Positions 1 to 10,628 are shown, counted from the first letter of the stretch. The stretch is 64,000 bases of DNA from Nitrospirota bacterium (GCA_013388435.1 JACAFE010000032.1:6851-70850), one strand, 5' to 3'. A program made the numbers and translations. Notes: generated by a model from the letters alone, not told the origin.

Positions 1-1400
1 TTATCAATAAATAACTCATCCGAAATATTTAATTCAAGATTATATTTGATACTTTTATTCTTAAGAATTTCTTTAGTATGCCATTCAATAGCTGCTGTAA
101 GCCCGAGATGGTCAAGAAGCCCTGGTCTTAATTCTGTCGAAACTTTTTGAATTGTTTTAATCCCGGATTCAACCATTTCTTTCATTGATTCAATTTTCAT
201 TCTGATTGGTTTATGGTTGGTTCTTATTTTTCTTTCGAGCCATGCTAAATCAATATTTAGAACAGTAAAGAGTTGACCTAATTCATCATGCATTTCCCTT
301 GCAATGAATTTTCTTTCCTGTTCAATAGCTGAGTGCAGATATGCAGAAAGACAGCGCAATTGTTCTCGTGAATTCTTTAATTCTTTTTCTGCCTGTTTTC
401 TTTCGGTAATATCTTCGTAAACAAGCACAATCCTGTTATTTTTTGTTTTATTTTCAATGGGAGAAGCGCTGATCATGCAAACAATATCTCTGCCGTCTTT
501 CCTGCGAAGCAAAAATTCTCCAGTAAAAAATTTTGATTTATCAATAGCAGAATGAATCTGTCTGCATATTTTCTGATAATCTTTTGTGCTCCTGCAAAGT
601 ATTTCAGGACTCCGTCCAATAACTTCTTCAGGGTTCCAGCCAAAAACTTTTTTCAATCCTTCGTTAGCAAAAAATATTTTCTGTTTGGTTAATCCAACAA
701 CTGCATGAGGTATTGTTCGGAGAATCGAAGATTTAAGAGCTTCTATTTTCTGTAATTGTCTTACCGCTGATTTGCGTTCTGAAATTTCACGATCTATAGA
801 TATTATAGTCTTGTTTGTTACATCTTTCAGGCTCTCCAGAAGTTCAATACTCGAAATGCCTGTTACCCTTGCGCTTAGATCGCCTTTTGAGACTTTGTGT
901 AAAACATCAAAATATTCTGCAAGACTTATTGCGAATTCATGTGATTGATCAACGATTTCTCCGATTTCCCGGGCAGTTAAATTAATCATGTGTTTGAGCC
1001 TCGAAATTAAATCAATATCCGATTTTTCGGTAATTCTGACAGAAGGGTCACCAGAGGAAATTTTTTTTAGCGCCTCAAAAACTTCGGACATGGCAAGAGC
1101 AAGTTCCATGCTCATATTCTCGAGTTCTCTATCTCTTTCATCAACAATTCTGCGATATTCCTTGATCTGCTCATTAAAAATCCCGCAGGTTTCTGCCATA
1201 GCGCCTGAATCCATATTTTTAACAAAAACCTCACAGTTTATGCACATTTCAACTTTGTCAATGAATTTACCTTGAATTTCGTTCCTGCAATGCGTTCCAG
1301 TAAAGAGCCAGCAATTAAGATTTTTTGAATGGAATGCAGGACATTCAAGTTTATTGCATTTAAAAACTTCCCAGCATTTTACTTTACTCTTAGTCATCAT
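1..1400 (-). CDS. Sensor histidine kinase (HisKA_3/NarX-UhpB type) with N-terminal two-CW Cys-rich domain, HAMP-like repeats and PAS; 3' end beyond the window
   Basis: Not in ORF track. Manual translation from ATG 1400: MMTKSKVKCWEVFKCNKLECPAF..NCWLFTGTHC..CINC; PAS ending VYEDITERK; H-box ERKFIAREMHDELGQLLT; ELRPGLLDHLGL. Confidence 0.88.
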   Translation of the reverse strand, partial: MMTKSKVKCWEVFKCNKLECPAFHSKNLNCWLFTGTHCRNEIQGKFIDKVEMCINCEVFVKNMDSGAMAETCGIFNEQIKEYRRIVDERDRELENMSMELALAMSEVFEALKKISSGDPSVRITEKSDIDLISRLKHMINLTAREIGEIVDQSHEFAISLAEYFDVLHKVSKGDLSARVTGISSIELLESLKDVTNKTIISIDREISERKSAVRQLQKIEALKSSILRTIPHAVVGLTKQKIFFANEGLKKVFGWNPEEVIGRSPEILCRSTKDYQKICRQIHSAIDKSKFFTGEFLLRRKDGRDIVCMISASPIENKTKNNRIVLVYEDITERKQAEKELKNSREQLRCLSAYLHSAIEQERKFIAREMHDELGQLFTVLNIDLAWLERKIRTNHKPIRMKIESMKEMVESGIKTIQKVSTELRPGLLDHLGLTAAIEWHTKEILKNKSIKYNLELNISDELFID

Positions 1401-1409
1401 TTTTTTAAG

Positions 1410-1832
1410 TTAATTCACGTTTGATTTTTTCCAGCAGGTTCCATGAATATCAAGACTTGCTCCCTGAAATGCATTAATTCTCTCGACCGTGCCTTCAAAA
1501 ATAATAATATCTCCTGCGGAAATTCCTGAAGTTGCATCCTGTGTTGTAAAAAGCGCAACATTATATCCCTTTTCAGGACTACTCGCAGATGTAAGAATTC
1601 TTATTCTAAATTTTTCCTTGTTTCCGGGGAGTATATTGATCACTTTTCCCTCTCCCCTCGCTATTTTCCCATGAATCTCTTTGAAATATTCCTTAACCTG
1701 AGCTTTATTAACTTTATCGGGATCGATATTGATAAGAATTGTATTCACGTCAAGTTTATTTTCTTCAGCAAATAGATATGAACAAAAAATAACTCCTAAA
1801 ACTATCCAGCAGATATTTTTAAAAATGTTCAT
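1410..1832 (-). CDS. Exported hypothetical protein, probable OB-fold (tRNA_anti-like)
   Basis: N-terminal signal peptide; KIARGEGKV and GDIIIFEGTV beta-strand pattern. Confidence 0.55.
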   Translation of the reverse strand: MNIFKNICWIVLGVIFCSYLFAEENKLDVNTILINIDPDKVNKAQVKEYFKEIHGKIARGEGKVINILPGNKEKFRIRILTSASSPEKGYNVALFTTQDATSGISAGDIIIFEGTVERINAFQGASLDIHGTCWKKSNVN

Positions 1833-1836
1833 AATT

Positions 1837-3990
1837 TCATCCTTTCATTGATTTGTCTTCAATATATGGAATAGTAAAATAAAAAGTTGAACCTTTGCCT
1901 TTTTCCGATTCGACCCAGATTTTCCCGCCATGTTGTTCTACTATGCGCTTGCATATAGCAAGACCTATCCCTGTGCCAGGATATTCTGATTTAGAATGCA
2001 ATCTCTGAAAAATAATGAATATACGTTCTGCATCTTTAGGGTCGATTCCGATGCCATTGTCTTTAATAGAAAACAACCATTCGCCATTATTTTTTTTCGA
2101 AGAAATATGAATATGAGGCTTTTGATTGCTCTTAAATTTAATAGCATTTGCAATTAAATTCTGAAATAGACTTACGAGCTTGGTGGCATCTGCCATAACA
2201 ACCGGAAGGTTATCATATGTTATATTTGCGTTATTTTCCTCGATAGCGGTCTTTAGATTTGCAAGGGCATTTTCAAGTACTTTTGCGCAGTCAGTTGGTT
2301 TGAAAGTCTTTCCTTTTGTGCCTATCTGCGAATATGCCAGAAGATCCTTTATCAATGTATCCATTCTATTTATGCCTTCTAAAGTTAAATTAATGAACTC
2401 GTCGGCTTTTGTGTCGAGTTTGTCTTTATAGCGTTTTGCGAGTAATTTTATAAAACCTGCTACAACGCGTAAGGGTTCTTGAAGATCATGGGATGTGGCA
2501 TAGGCAAACTGCTGTAAATCGAAATTGGAACGCTTTAATTCTTCATTCAATTTCAGTAGATTTTCTTCTGCAACCTTGCGATTGGTAATGTCCCTTGAAT
2601 TCACAACGATTCCTGCAACAGCAGGGTTATCAAGGAGATTTTTTCCAGTAACTTCCAGTACCCGCCATGAGCCATTTTTATGTTTGAATCTCACCTCAAG
2701 AGAAAGAGAAACCCCTGGATTCTTAATTGAATTCGAAAGTGTATTAACAGCTACTTTAATATCTTCAGGATGAACAAAATCAAGGACTTTTTTGCCAATA
2801 AGTTCTGTTTTACTATAACCGAGAAATCTTTCTATTGAAGGGCTTTCATATTTTATTGTTCCATCAGCCTCAAGAATTGTTATCATATCAGAAGAATTTT
2901 CAGTAATAAGCCTGAAATATTCCTCGCTGCGTTTAACATTTTCTTCAGCTCTTTTATTTATAAGAGCTATTGCGGCTATCTCTGAGAAGGCTGTCGCCAT
3001 TCTTGAATCATCTTCAGTAAATCCCGAAGGTTTATTTGCTAATCCGAGCAATCCAATGACTTTATTTTCAATAATCATTGGAGCAAAAAGAATGTTATTG
3101 ATTTTTATATGACCTTTGGGCAAAAACTGTGCCCATTTGCTTTCGCCAAAATTATTATTGAATATTGTCTTGCAGGTTTTATAAACTTCCCCTCTTAAGC
3201 CTCTTACAGGCATTCCGACTTCTGTTTTTACAGAACAGGTCTCCGTGCCAGAATCAATAAATATAATTTCGATTTCGAGGGTATTTTCTTTCAATAAAGC
3301 TATATAGCCGGAAGATGCTCCTGTAAGATTTCTGCATGCATAAAAAATAGAGCGGGCCGTACTTTCGAAATCATGGTATTTCAAAATAGAACGGGTACTT
3401 TCAAGCAAGGCAGCTATTTCCGCCTGTCTATTCCTGGAGAGTTCAAGAGCTTCAATTAATGAATACTCAGTGTCCATTAGTTTTGTTACGTCTGTGAGGG
3501 CTGTTCTGAAATTTCTGCATTTTCCATCGGAATCATTAACCGGCATGCTCTGTAGCTGGAAATAAAACAACTTACCGTCTTTGCGAATTATTCTTAGTTC
3601 ACATGATTGTGGAGACTGTTTCAGAATAATGTCTTTGCAGTGAGCCCTGAATATTTCCATATCATCCTGTTCAATAAACATTGAAAAGGGTTTGTTTATC
3701 AGATATTCTTTTTTCATCCCGAGCATATTTGCTCCCGTAAGATTTACATCAAGTATCAATCCATTTTTATCAAAAGTAAAATATCCTAAAGGAGCAAAAT
3801 CATAAAGGTCTCTGTATTTGTTTTTAGAATCCTCGAGCTCTTCTTTCAACTTAAGAAGTTCAAGGTTATATTTTTCGAGTTCTTCCTGCTTGGATTCGAG
3901 TTCATTGATTAAACGTTCTGTATCAAGAAATGATAATTCCTGTAATTTTTTATTTTGAGCTCTTATTTTCTTAATTGATGATTTCCCCAT
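1837..3990 (-). CDS. PAS-GAF-PAS sensor histidine kinase (Cph1-like HisKA/HATPase)
   Basis: [10 protein letters not shown]-box, [24 protein letters not shown]; two PAS domains and one GAF. Confidence 0.93.
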   Translation of the reverse strand: MGKSSIKKIRAQNKKLQELSFLDTERLINELESKQEELEKYNLELLKLKEELEDSKNKYRDLYDFAPLGYFTFDKNGLILDVNLTGANMLGMKKEYLINKPFSMFIEQDDMEIFRAHCKDIILKQSPQSCELRIIRKDGKLFYFQLQSMPVNDSDGKCRNFRTALTDVTKLMDTEYSLIEALELSRNRQAEIAALLESTRSILKYHDFESTARSIFYACRNLTGASSGYIALLKENTLEIEIIFIDSGTETCSVKTEVGMPVRGLRGEVYKTCKTIFNNNFGESKWAQFLPKGHIKINNILFAPMIIENKVIGLLGLANKPSGFTEDDSRMATAFSEIAAIALINKRAEENVKRSEEYFRLITENSSDMITILEADGTIKYESPSIERFLGYSKTELIGKKVLDFVHPEDIKVAVNTLSNSIKNPGVSLSLEVRFKHKNGSWRVLEVTGKNLLDNPAVAGIVVNSRDITNRKVAEENLLKLNEELKRSNFDLQQFAYATSHDLQEPLRVVAGFIKLLAKRYKDKLDTKADEFINLTLEGINRMDTLIKDLLAYSQIGTKGKTFKPTDCAKVLENALANLKTAIEENNANITYDNLPVVMADATKLVSLFQNLIANAIKFKSNQKPHIHISSKKNNGEWLFSIKDNGIGIDPKDAERIFIIFQRLHSKSEYPGTGIGLAICKRIVEQHGGKIWVESEKGKGSTFYFTIPYIEDKSMKG

Positions 3991-4175
3991 ATAGATATTC
4001 TTTGAAAGTTTTATTTATAACACTATTCCTGATAAAGATTTTTAATGCCCTGCATCTGTAATAGTCAATATAACTAAATTATATTAATTTAATAATCTAT
4101 TAGCAAATTCTGATAAAAATAAATTTATTACGCAAGAAATTGAACAACTTCTTATAAATACATTATAGTAGATTT

Positions 4176-6011
4176 ATGTTTAAAGAGCGAGATTATGATG
4201 TAATTGTTATTGGAGCAGGTCATGCAGGCTGTGAAGCAGCTCTTGCACCTGCGCATCTCGGACTTTCAACCTGTTTATTCACAATCAATCTCGACACCAT
4301 CGGACAGATGTCGTGTAATCCAGCTATAGGTGGTCTTGCAAAGGGTCATCTTGTAAGGGAAATAGATGCTCTCGGCGGAGAAATGGCAAAGGTAACTGAT
4401 AAAGCAGGCATTCAATTCAGATTATTGAATTTATCAAAAGGACCAGCTGTATGGTCATTAAGGGCACAGGCTGACAGGGTCTTATATAAACTTGAGATGC
4501 GTAAGGCTATAGAATCTCAAAGAAATCTTGATGTTAAACAGGCATTGATTGATGAGATTATAATAGAAGATGGAAGAGTTAAGGGAGTTGTTACTTCTCT
4601 CGGTATATTTTATGGAGCGCGTGCTGTAATAGTAACTACAGGAACATTTTTAAAAGGTTTAATACATATAGGACTTGAGAATTTCTCTGCAGGACGAGCG
4701 GGTGAATTCCCTTCAATTAAACTTTCTGAATGCCTGAGGAATCTTGGATTAAAAATGGGAAGACTCAAGACTGGAACTCCCCCGCGTCTGGATGCCAAAA
4801 CAATAGATTTTTCAAAAACAGAAACTCAATTCGGAGATGACCCTCCACCACATTTTTCTCACAGTACCGAAAAAATAACAAATCCACAACTGCCCTGTTA
4901 TATTACATATACTAACAAAGAAACTCATAAAATTATTCTCTCCAATCTTGACCGGTCACCGTTATACAGCGGTAAGATCAAAGGCACAGGCGCAAGATAC
5001 TGCCCTTCTATTGAAGATAAAGTAGTAAAGTTTGCGGAACGCGAAAGGCATCAGGTGTTTCTCGAGCCTGAGGGTCTTGAAACCAAAGAATATTATGCAA
5101 ATGGAATTCCAACAAGTCTTCCATACGATGTTCAAGTAAAATTCGTAAGAACAATTTCAGGACTCGAAGAGGCTGAAATTATGAGACCAGGCTATGCAAT
5201 CGAATATGACTTTGTTTATCCTTCTCAATTAAAACACTCTCTTGAAACAAAAACAATTCAGGGTCTTTTCCTTGCAGGACAGATTAACGGTACTTCTGGA
5301 TATGAAGAAGCTGCTGCACAGGGACTTATAGCTGGCATAAATGCAGCGCTTAAAATAAAAGGTAAAGAACCATTTATTCTTGGAAGACATGAAGCATATA
5401 TAGGAGTTCTTATCGACGACCTTATAACAAAAGGGACAAAAGAACCTTACAGAATGTTTACTTCAAGAGCAGAATACAGACTATTGTTAAGACATGATAA
5501 TGCTGATTTGCGTCTTATGGATAAAGGATATGCTCTTGGACTCATTAATGAAGATCTATATAAAAAATTCAAAGAGAAAAAAGAACTAATCAATGAAGAA
5601 TTGAATCGTATCAGAAACACAAGAATTAAGCTGGATATTAATAAAACAGAAAGTCTCGAACAATTACTGAAACGACCCGAAAATAACTATGAAATTATCG
5701 AAAAACTCTGTCCATCAAATAAATCTTTATCAGACGAGGTTAAAAAACAGGTTGAGATACAGGTAAAATATCAGGGATATATCAATCAGCAGATGCAGAT
5801 GGCTGAAAGACTCAAAAAAATAGAAAACAAAAAAATACCTGAAGATTTTGATTTTAAGAAAATTAGCGGTTTATCACGTGAAGTTCTTGCAAAACTTGAG
5901 GAAATCAGACCGGAAAATCTCGGGCAGGCAAGCAGAATTCCGGGAATAACACCAGCAGCTATTTCATTACTTCTTATTGCCATAGAAAAATTAAGAAAAG
6001 GACAAACATAA
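4176..6011 (+). CDS. mnmG: tRNA uridine-5-carboxymethylaminomethyl modification enzyme
   Basis: GAGHAGCEAA, MSCNPAIGG, RYCPSIEDK, AGQINGTSGYEEAAAQG, PYRMFTSRAEYRL. Confidence 0.98.
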   Translation: MFKERDYDVIVIGAGHAGCEAALAPAHLGLSTCLFTINLDTIGQMSCNPAIGGLAKGHLVREIDALGGEMAKVTDKAGIQFRLLNLSKGPAVWSLRAQADRVLYKLEMRKAIESQRNLDVKQALIDEIIIEDGRVKGVVTSLGIFYGARAVIVTTGTFLKGLIHIGLENFSAGRAGEFPSIKLSECLRNLGLKMGRLKTGTPPRLDAKTIDFSKTETQFGDDPPPHFSHSTEKITNPQLPCYITYTNKETHKIILSNLDRSPLYSGKIKGTGARYCPSIEDKVVKFAERERHQVFLEPEGLETKEYYANGIPTSLPYDVQVKFVRTISGLEEAEIMRPGYAIEYDFVYPSQLKHSLETKTIQGLFLAGQINGTSGYEEAAAQGLIAGINAALKIKGKEPFILGRHEAYIGVLIDDLITKGTKEPYRMFTSRAEYRLLLRHDNADLRLMDKGYALGLINEDLYKKFKEKKELINEELNRIRNTRIKLDINKTESLEQLLKRPENNYEIIEKLCPSNKSLSDEVKKQVEIQVKYQGYINQQMQMAERLKKIENKKIPEDFDFKKISGLSREVLAKLEEIRPENLGQASRIPGITPAAISLLLIAIEKLRKGQT

Positions 6012-6055
6012 AAAATTCTCATTATTGATAATCTTTTCTCAATAATGAGAATTTT
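6012..6055. promoter_or_regulatory. Tandem palindromes TTCTCA-N4-TGA(G/T)AA inside a 17-bp perfect inverted repeat; candidate sigma54 enhancer sites and/or mnmG terminator
   Basis: aaaattctcattattga (6012-6028) / tcaataatgagaatttt (6039-6055); about 70-110 bp upstream of a -24/-12 motif. Confidence 0.55.
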
Positions 6056-6123
6056 AAAATTATCCTTCCGAAATAACTCCTGTAATATCCCGATAATAAA
6101 AGATTTTTCATTTATATTTTTAA

Positions 6124-6139
6124 TGGCATAGCATTTGCT
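6124..6139 (+). promoter_or_regulatory. sigma54 (RpoN) -24/-12 promoter
   Basis: TGGCATAGCATTTGCT matches TGGCA..TTGCW with exact GG-N10-GC spacing. Confidence 0.75.
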
Positions 6140-6356
6140 TAATATAATTTCAGGAAATTTCCATAAAATCTTCTACATGTAGAGAATCAAAATGAAGGGT
6201 TAAGCTGGAGTCTTCAGCAACCCAAGCAGACTGAAAAATCAGGTATCTGTCTGATACCTCTGAAAGTTAAAAGGAGGTGGTTATAAGAAGGATTTTTTAT
6301 CAGTGTAAGGCAAAATTAGAAATTAACTTGGAAATTTTATGAGGAGGAAATAAGGA

Positions 6357-7142
6357 ATGAAAAGAACGAGTTTTTTAGTAGCTATTTTAATAGCAATATT
6401 TGTTTCAGTTCCATTTATGGTTCAGGCAGCAATTAATCTTGGTGGCTCAGGTGCAGCAGCACCCGGACCAATGGTAAAATATGAACCTATTCCGGAAGGG
6501 CCGATAGGACTCTTGAATGGCGGGAAACATTATCAGATAAACCCTAAAAAAACAGCTTTGTTTATAATTGATCCTCAGAAAGTTTATTCTGATCCCGCAA
6601 GTCCTCTTTATTGTGAGAAGTATCAAACCGCTCTGGCAAATATCGAGAAACTTGCCAGGGCAGCACATGACAAAGGCATTAAAGTTTTCTTAATTAAACA
6701 CGTTTATTATTCAGATGGCAACGGCGGTTATACAAATTGCGGCAGACTCTGTGATTTTGGTGTACAGGCACTATGGGGTGATGACAATCCGTGGTCTGAA
6801 CTTGATGTTACACCGGGTATTCTTAAGCTTGCAAATTTCTATGCTGAGAAGTCAATTTATAGCTCATTTACTATACCTGTTGCCAGCATGTTAAGAATTC
6901 TTAAGATTGACACAGTGATAATTACAGGTTATATGACCGAATTTTGCTCTGTAACAGCTACAAGACATGGACATGACCTTGGATTCAAAATGATTTATGT
7001 AAAAGATGCAAATGATGGTCCGGCATTGCTTGAATCTTTAGGCGGTATAGATGAAAATGCGGCAATACCTTTCTGGCTTAGCATTCCTGTGGCAGATGTT
7101 TATGAAACTACCGATGATTTAATTAACGCATTACAGCAGTAA
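6357..7142 (+). CDS. Isochorismatase-family cysteine hydrolase with signal peptide
   Basis: KTALFIIDPQ (Asp), EKSIYSSF (Lys), ITGYMTEFCS (Cys), TRHGHDLGF; signal peptide ending VQA-A; SD gaggagg. Confidence 0.85.
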   Translation: MKRTSFLVAILIAIFVSVPFMVQAAINLGGSGAAAPGPMVKYEPIPEGPIGLLNGGKHYQINPKKTALFIIDPQKVYSDPASPLYCEKYQTALANIEKLARAAHDKGIKVFLIKHVYYSDGNGGYTNCGRLCDFGVQALWGDDNPWSELDVTPGILKLANFYAEKSIYSSFTIPVASMLRILKIDTVIITGYMTEFCSVTATRHGHDLGFKMIYVKDANDGPALLESLGGIDENAAIPFWLSIPVADVYETTDDLINALQQ

Positions 7143-7162
7143 AATTCTATCTGTTTTTATAT

Positions 7163-7203
7163 AAAGAGAGCCTGTTTATACGGGCTCTCTTTGTTTTTGT
7201 TTT
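7163..7203 (+). terminator. Rho-independent terminator
   Basis: aaagagagcctg-tttata-cgggctctcttt followed by T-rich tract. Confidence 0.8.
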
Positions 7204-7329
7204 ACAATATTTACAATGACTTTTCTTATTTTCTTTGATATACTTTAAATAATCTTTATATATTAAGCCCCCCTGGTACAACCTTATTGAAGGAATTGCA
7301 TTCAGGGGGTTTATTTTTAATGGAGTGGT

Positions 7330-7839
7330 ATGAGCAAACTGACAAGAAAACAAATTATCGATATAGCAAAAAATATAAAATTGCTCATTCTTGATGTTGA
7401 CGGCGTATTAACAGATGGGAGCATAATAATTGATAACAATGGCAATGAGATAAAATCATTTCATGTTAGAGACGGACACGGTATTGTAATGCTTTTGAGA
7501 AAAGGAATTAAAGTTGCTTTAATTACCGGAAGATATTCGAAAATAGTGGAAATAAGGGCAAGGGAACTCGGCATTAAAGATGTTTTTCAGAGATGCCGTG
7601 AAAAAGAGAGTGCTTATAAGATGCTTGCAAATAAATATAAACTTAAAAATAATGAGATTGCCTGCATGGGAGATGATGTTGTTGACATAGAGTTGCTTAA
7701 AATGTGTGGTTTACCGATTGCAGTGGCTGATGCTCATAGAGAAGCTAAAATGCATTCAATAATGATAACAAAGGAAAAAGGCGGAAAAGGAGCTGTAAGA
7801 GAGGTTTGCGATTTCATACTTAAAGCCAAAGGTTTTTAG
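7330..7839 (+). CDS. kdsC: KDO-8-phosphate phosphatase (HAD)
   Basis: LDVDGVLTDG, FHVRDGHGI, MGDDVVD, GGKGAVRE. Confidence 0.93.
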   Translation: MSKLTRKQIIDIAKNIKLLILDVDGVLTDGSIIIDNNGNEIKSFHVRDGHGIVMLLRKGIKVALITGRYSKIVEIRARELGIKDVFQRCREKESAYKMLANKYKLKNNEIACMGDDVVDIELLKMCGLPIAVADAHREAKMHSIMITKEKGGKGAVREVCDFILKAKGF

Positions 7840-7840
7840 T

Positions 7841-8374
7841 ATGAGTACCCTTAAAATAAATATTCCAACACTTTTAACCCTTAGCAGAATAATACTAATA
7901 CCGGTATTTATATTTTCAGTCCGACTTCATCCGATATTTGGAGCTCTGATTTTTGGTATTGCCTCACTCACTGATTTTCTTGACGGATACCTTGCAAGAC
8001 GTTCCGGTGAAATCACAAAATTCGGAATAATTCTTGATCCTATTGCGGATAAATTCCTCGTAATTTCTGCCCTGATCGTTCTGGTAGATATGGAAAGGCT
8101 CGCCGCATGGATAGCTATTGTAATCATTGTAAGAGAATTCTTAATAACAGCTCTCAGGGTGGTAGCGCTTTCAAAGGACATTGTTATACCTGCGGAGATT
8201 GGTGGGAAAATAAAAACAGGTGTTCAAATAGCTGCAATCTTATGCCTCGTTCTTAACAGAGCTCTTTTTGACATTAACCTGTATGATATTGGCATTATTT
8301 TAATCTGGGCTGCTATGATTTTATCAATTATTTCAGGTGTTAAATATACAATATCATTTGGTAAAAATCTATGA
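7841..8374 (+). CDS. pgsA: CDP-diacylglycerol--glycerol-3-phosphate 3-phosphatidyltransferase
   Basis: NIPTLLTLSR, TDFLDGYLARR..FGIILDPIADK, GKIKT. Confidence 0.95.
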   Translation: MSTLKINIPTLLTLSRIILIPVFIFSVRLHPIFGALIFGIASLTDFLDGYLARRSGEITKFGIILDPIADKFLVISALIVLVDMERLAAWIAIVIIVREFLITALRVVALSKDIVIPAEIGGKIKTGVQIAAILCLVLNRALFDINLYDIGIILIWAAMILSIISGVKYTISFGKNL

Positions 8375-8964
8375 TAAAACTTTTAATACTTTTCCTTGTC
8401 GCATTTTTTATAGGTTCTGTTCCTTTTGGTATAATAATAGCTAAGGCAAAAGGTGTTGATTTACGAAAAGCTGGAAGCAGAAATATAGGCGCTACAAATG
8501 TACTGAGGTCGCTCGGAAAAGGACCGGCATTATTTACCCTTTTAGGAGATGTCTTGAAAGGAACACTGGCTGTAGCTCTCGGAAGATATTTTGGTCTTGA
8601 TATATTTAATACAGGCTTGGTATCACTTGGCGCGATACTCGGACATAACTTCTCGATTTTCCTTGGCTTTAGAGGAGGCAAAGGAGTTGCCACAAGCATA
8701 GGAGTTCTAATTTTATATTCTCCTCTGATAGCTGTAATTACAATTGTTATCTGGCTGGTTACAGCCATTACAAGCCGCTACTCATCATTGGGTGCAATAG
8801 TATCTTTCTGTCTTCTGCCATTAAATATTTATCTTTTTGACATACAATATAAAGATAAAATAATCATAGCTTTCATTATTACGATTTTACTTCTGCTGAG
8901 ACATAGAGAAAACATAAACAGACTGTTAAAAGGTACCGAGAGGAAAATTGGTGAAAGAGCATGA
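8371..8964 (+). CDS. plsY: Glycerol-3-phosphate acyltransferase
   Basis: GSRNIGATN, GHNFS..FRGGKGVAT, RHRENINRL. Confidence 0.96.
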   Translation: MIKLLILFLVAFFIGSVPFGIIIAKAKGVDLRKAGSRNIGATNVLRSLGKGPALFTLLGDVLKGTLAVALGRYFGLDIFNTGLVSLGAILGHNFSIFLGFRGGKGVATSIGVLILYSPLIAVITIVIWLVTAITSRYSSLGAIVSFCLLPLNIYLFDIQYKDKIIIAFIITILLLLRHRENINRLLKGTERKIGERA

Positions 8965-10628
8965 AAAAATACTCTATTTTTCTAATTATCCTTATATTGG
9001 TTCTACCCTCTATTCTTAAAGCAGGGGATTTATACGAGAATCAACTCAATAAGGGAATAATCAACTCTGACCTTTATGCATATCTTATGATTGAAAAGGC
9101 AAAGAATGATAAAGAAAAAGCAGAAAGTTTTCTTAGAGAAGCCTTAAAGTTTTCACCGGATCTTCCTGCTGCTTATTTCGAGCTTTCAAGAGCAAGTTTT
9201 AATTTCACTTCGAACGGGTTTTTCCAGACAGTGGATTATCTCAGACAGGGTATTGAAAAATATAGACATAATTTCTGGTGGTCTTTTATGTTTACAGCTA
9301 CAATAACTTCAAGCATAATGATTTCATTTTTTGCCGCGATTTTTCTTCTTATATTAATAAGAATATCAATAGATTTATCATTGTTTAAGCATGATATCAA
9401 AGAAAACAGAGTGAAACTATCACTGTTGCTCACTTTTATATTTTCGGTTTTAGGACCGTTATTTCTCCTCGGGAGTTTATTGATGCTTATAAGTTTTTAC
9501 AGGGATAAGTGGGGCAAGTCTGTACTTTATTCTTACCTGTCTGTTCTCATTATTTCTCCTGTAATATTTCATATCATTTCGCTTTTCTTTACTGCTCCTG
9601 CTTCAGCAGAATTAAAAGGAATCGTGGAGGTAAATGAATCAAGAGGAAACAGTTATGCTATATCAATTCTGAAAGGAAATAACAATGCTTCTGCGCTTTT
9701 TTCTTACGGACTTGCTTTAAAACGCGAAGGCAGATATAATGAGGCAATAGAAGTCTATGATTCGGTTCTCAAAATAAAATCCGATTCACGTGTTTATAAT
9801 AATCTTGCGAATTGTTATTTTGCCATCAATAATTTTGAAAAAGCCAAAGAACTATACCTTAAAGCAAAAGAAATAAAACAAACGCCAGCCATCTTCTATA
9901 ATCTAAGTCAGGTATATAGAGAAACCCTTGATTTTGAAAAGGGTGAAGAATATTTTCTACAGGCTCAGAAAATGGACCAGCAGGCTGTTTCAATGTACAG
10001 AGCAATTGCCAGCAGGAATCCAAATAGATTTGTAATTGATGAAACACTTTCATTCCCTGAAATCTGGGGGATAGCTAAAAACATCAAAGTAAAGGTTTCT
10101 ACCATGGGTTTTTCTATTGTGCCACCTTCTTTAATACCTTTGATAGCTATCGGTATGATTGCATTTTTTATTTTTATAGACAGATATTTTAAAAACCGTG
10201 CTTATCCATGCAAAAGATGCGGAAAAATTATCTGTCCTTCATGCGAAAAACATATTTTATGGGGACATATGTGCAGAAATTGTTATCGTTCTATTGTAAG
10301 AATAGATGAACTTGATGCAAAAGAAAGAGTAGCGCGTCTTCTTGCTGTTTATGCTTATCAGACAAAGAGAAGAAATATTATCAAATTATTATCTTTTATA
10401 TTGCCGGGTTCAGCTCAAATATATGCCGGCAGTATTGTGCAAGGATTTCTGATTTTATGGATATTTCTTTTCTTCCTTGCTCTTCCTTTTATGAATCGAG
10501 TATTTATTCCAGAGGTTCACGGTTCCATGCCACTCTGGTTCAGTTTGCTTTCACTCGCAATTCTTATAATTATTTATATTGTATCTAATTTCATTACAAG
10601 ACGGAGGGTTGCCAGAGGATGGCTTTAG
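8961..10628 (+). CDS. Multi-pass membrane protein with TPR repeats and a Cys-rich Zn-finger-like segment
   Basis: TM helices; TPRs (YNNLANCYF, FYNLSQVY); CKRC-x4-CPSC-x8-CRNC; C-terminal TM2-like LSFILPGSAQIY. Confidence 0.75.
   Translation: MKKYSIFLIILILVLPSILKAGDLYENQLNKGIINSDLYAYLMIEKAKNDKEKAESFLREALKFSPDLPAAYFELSRASFNFTSNGFFQTVDYLRQGIEKYRHNFWWSFMFTATITSSIMISFFAAIFLLILIRISIDLSLFKHDIKENRVKLSLLLTFIFSVLGPLFLLGSLLMLISFYRDKWGKSVLYSYLSVLIISPVIFHIISLFFTAPASAELKGIVEVNESRGNSYAISILKGNNNASALFSYGLALKREGRYNEAIEVYDSVLKIKSDSRVYNNLANCYFAINNFEKAKELYLKAKEIKQTPAIFYNLSQVYRETLDFEKGEEYFLQAQKMDQQAVSMYRAIASRNPNRFVIDETLSFPEIWGIAKNIKVKVSTMGFSIVPPSLIPLIAIGMIAFFIFIDRYFKNRAYPCKRCGKIICPSCEKHILWGHMCRNCYRSIVRIDELDAKERVARLLAVYAYQTKRRNIIKLLSFILPGSAQIYAGSIVQGFLILWIFLFFLALPFMNRVFIPEVHGSMPLWFSLLSLAILIIIYIVSNFITRRRVARGWL

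Noticed and set aside
6024..6043. Fur box reading of attgataatcttttctcaat
   Set aside because: One base too long for the 19-bp symmetry; tandem enhancer-type palindromes fit better, though Fur is not excluded
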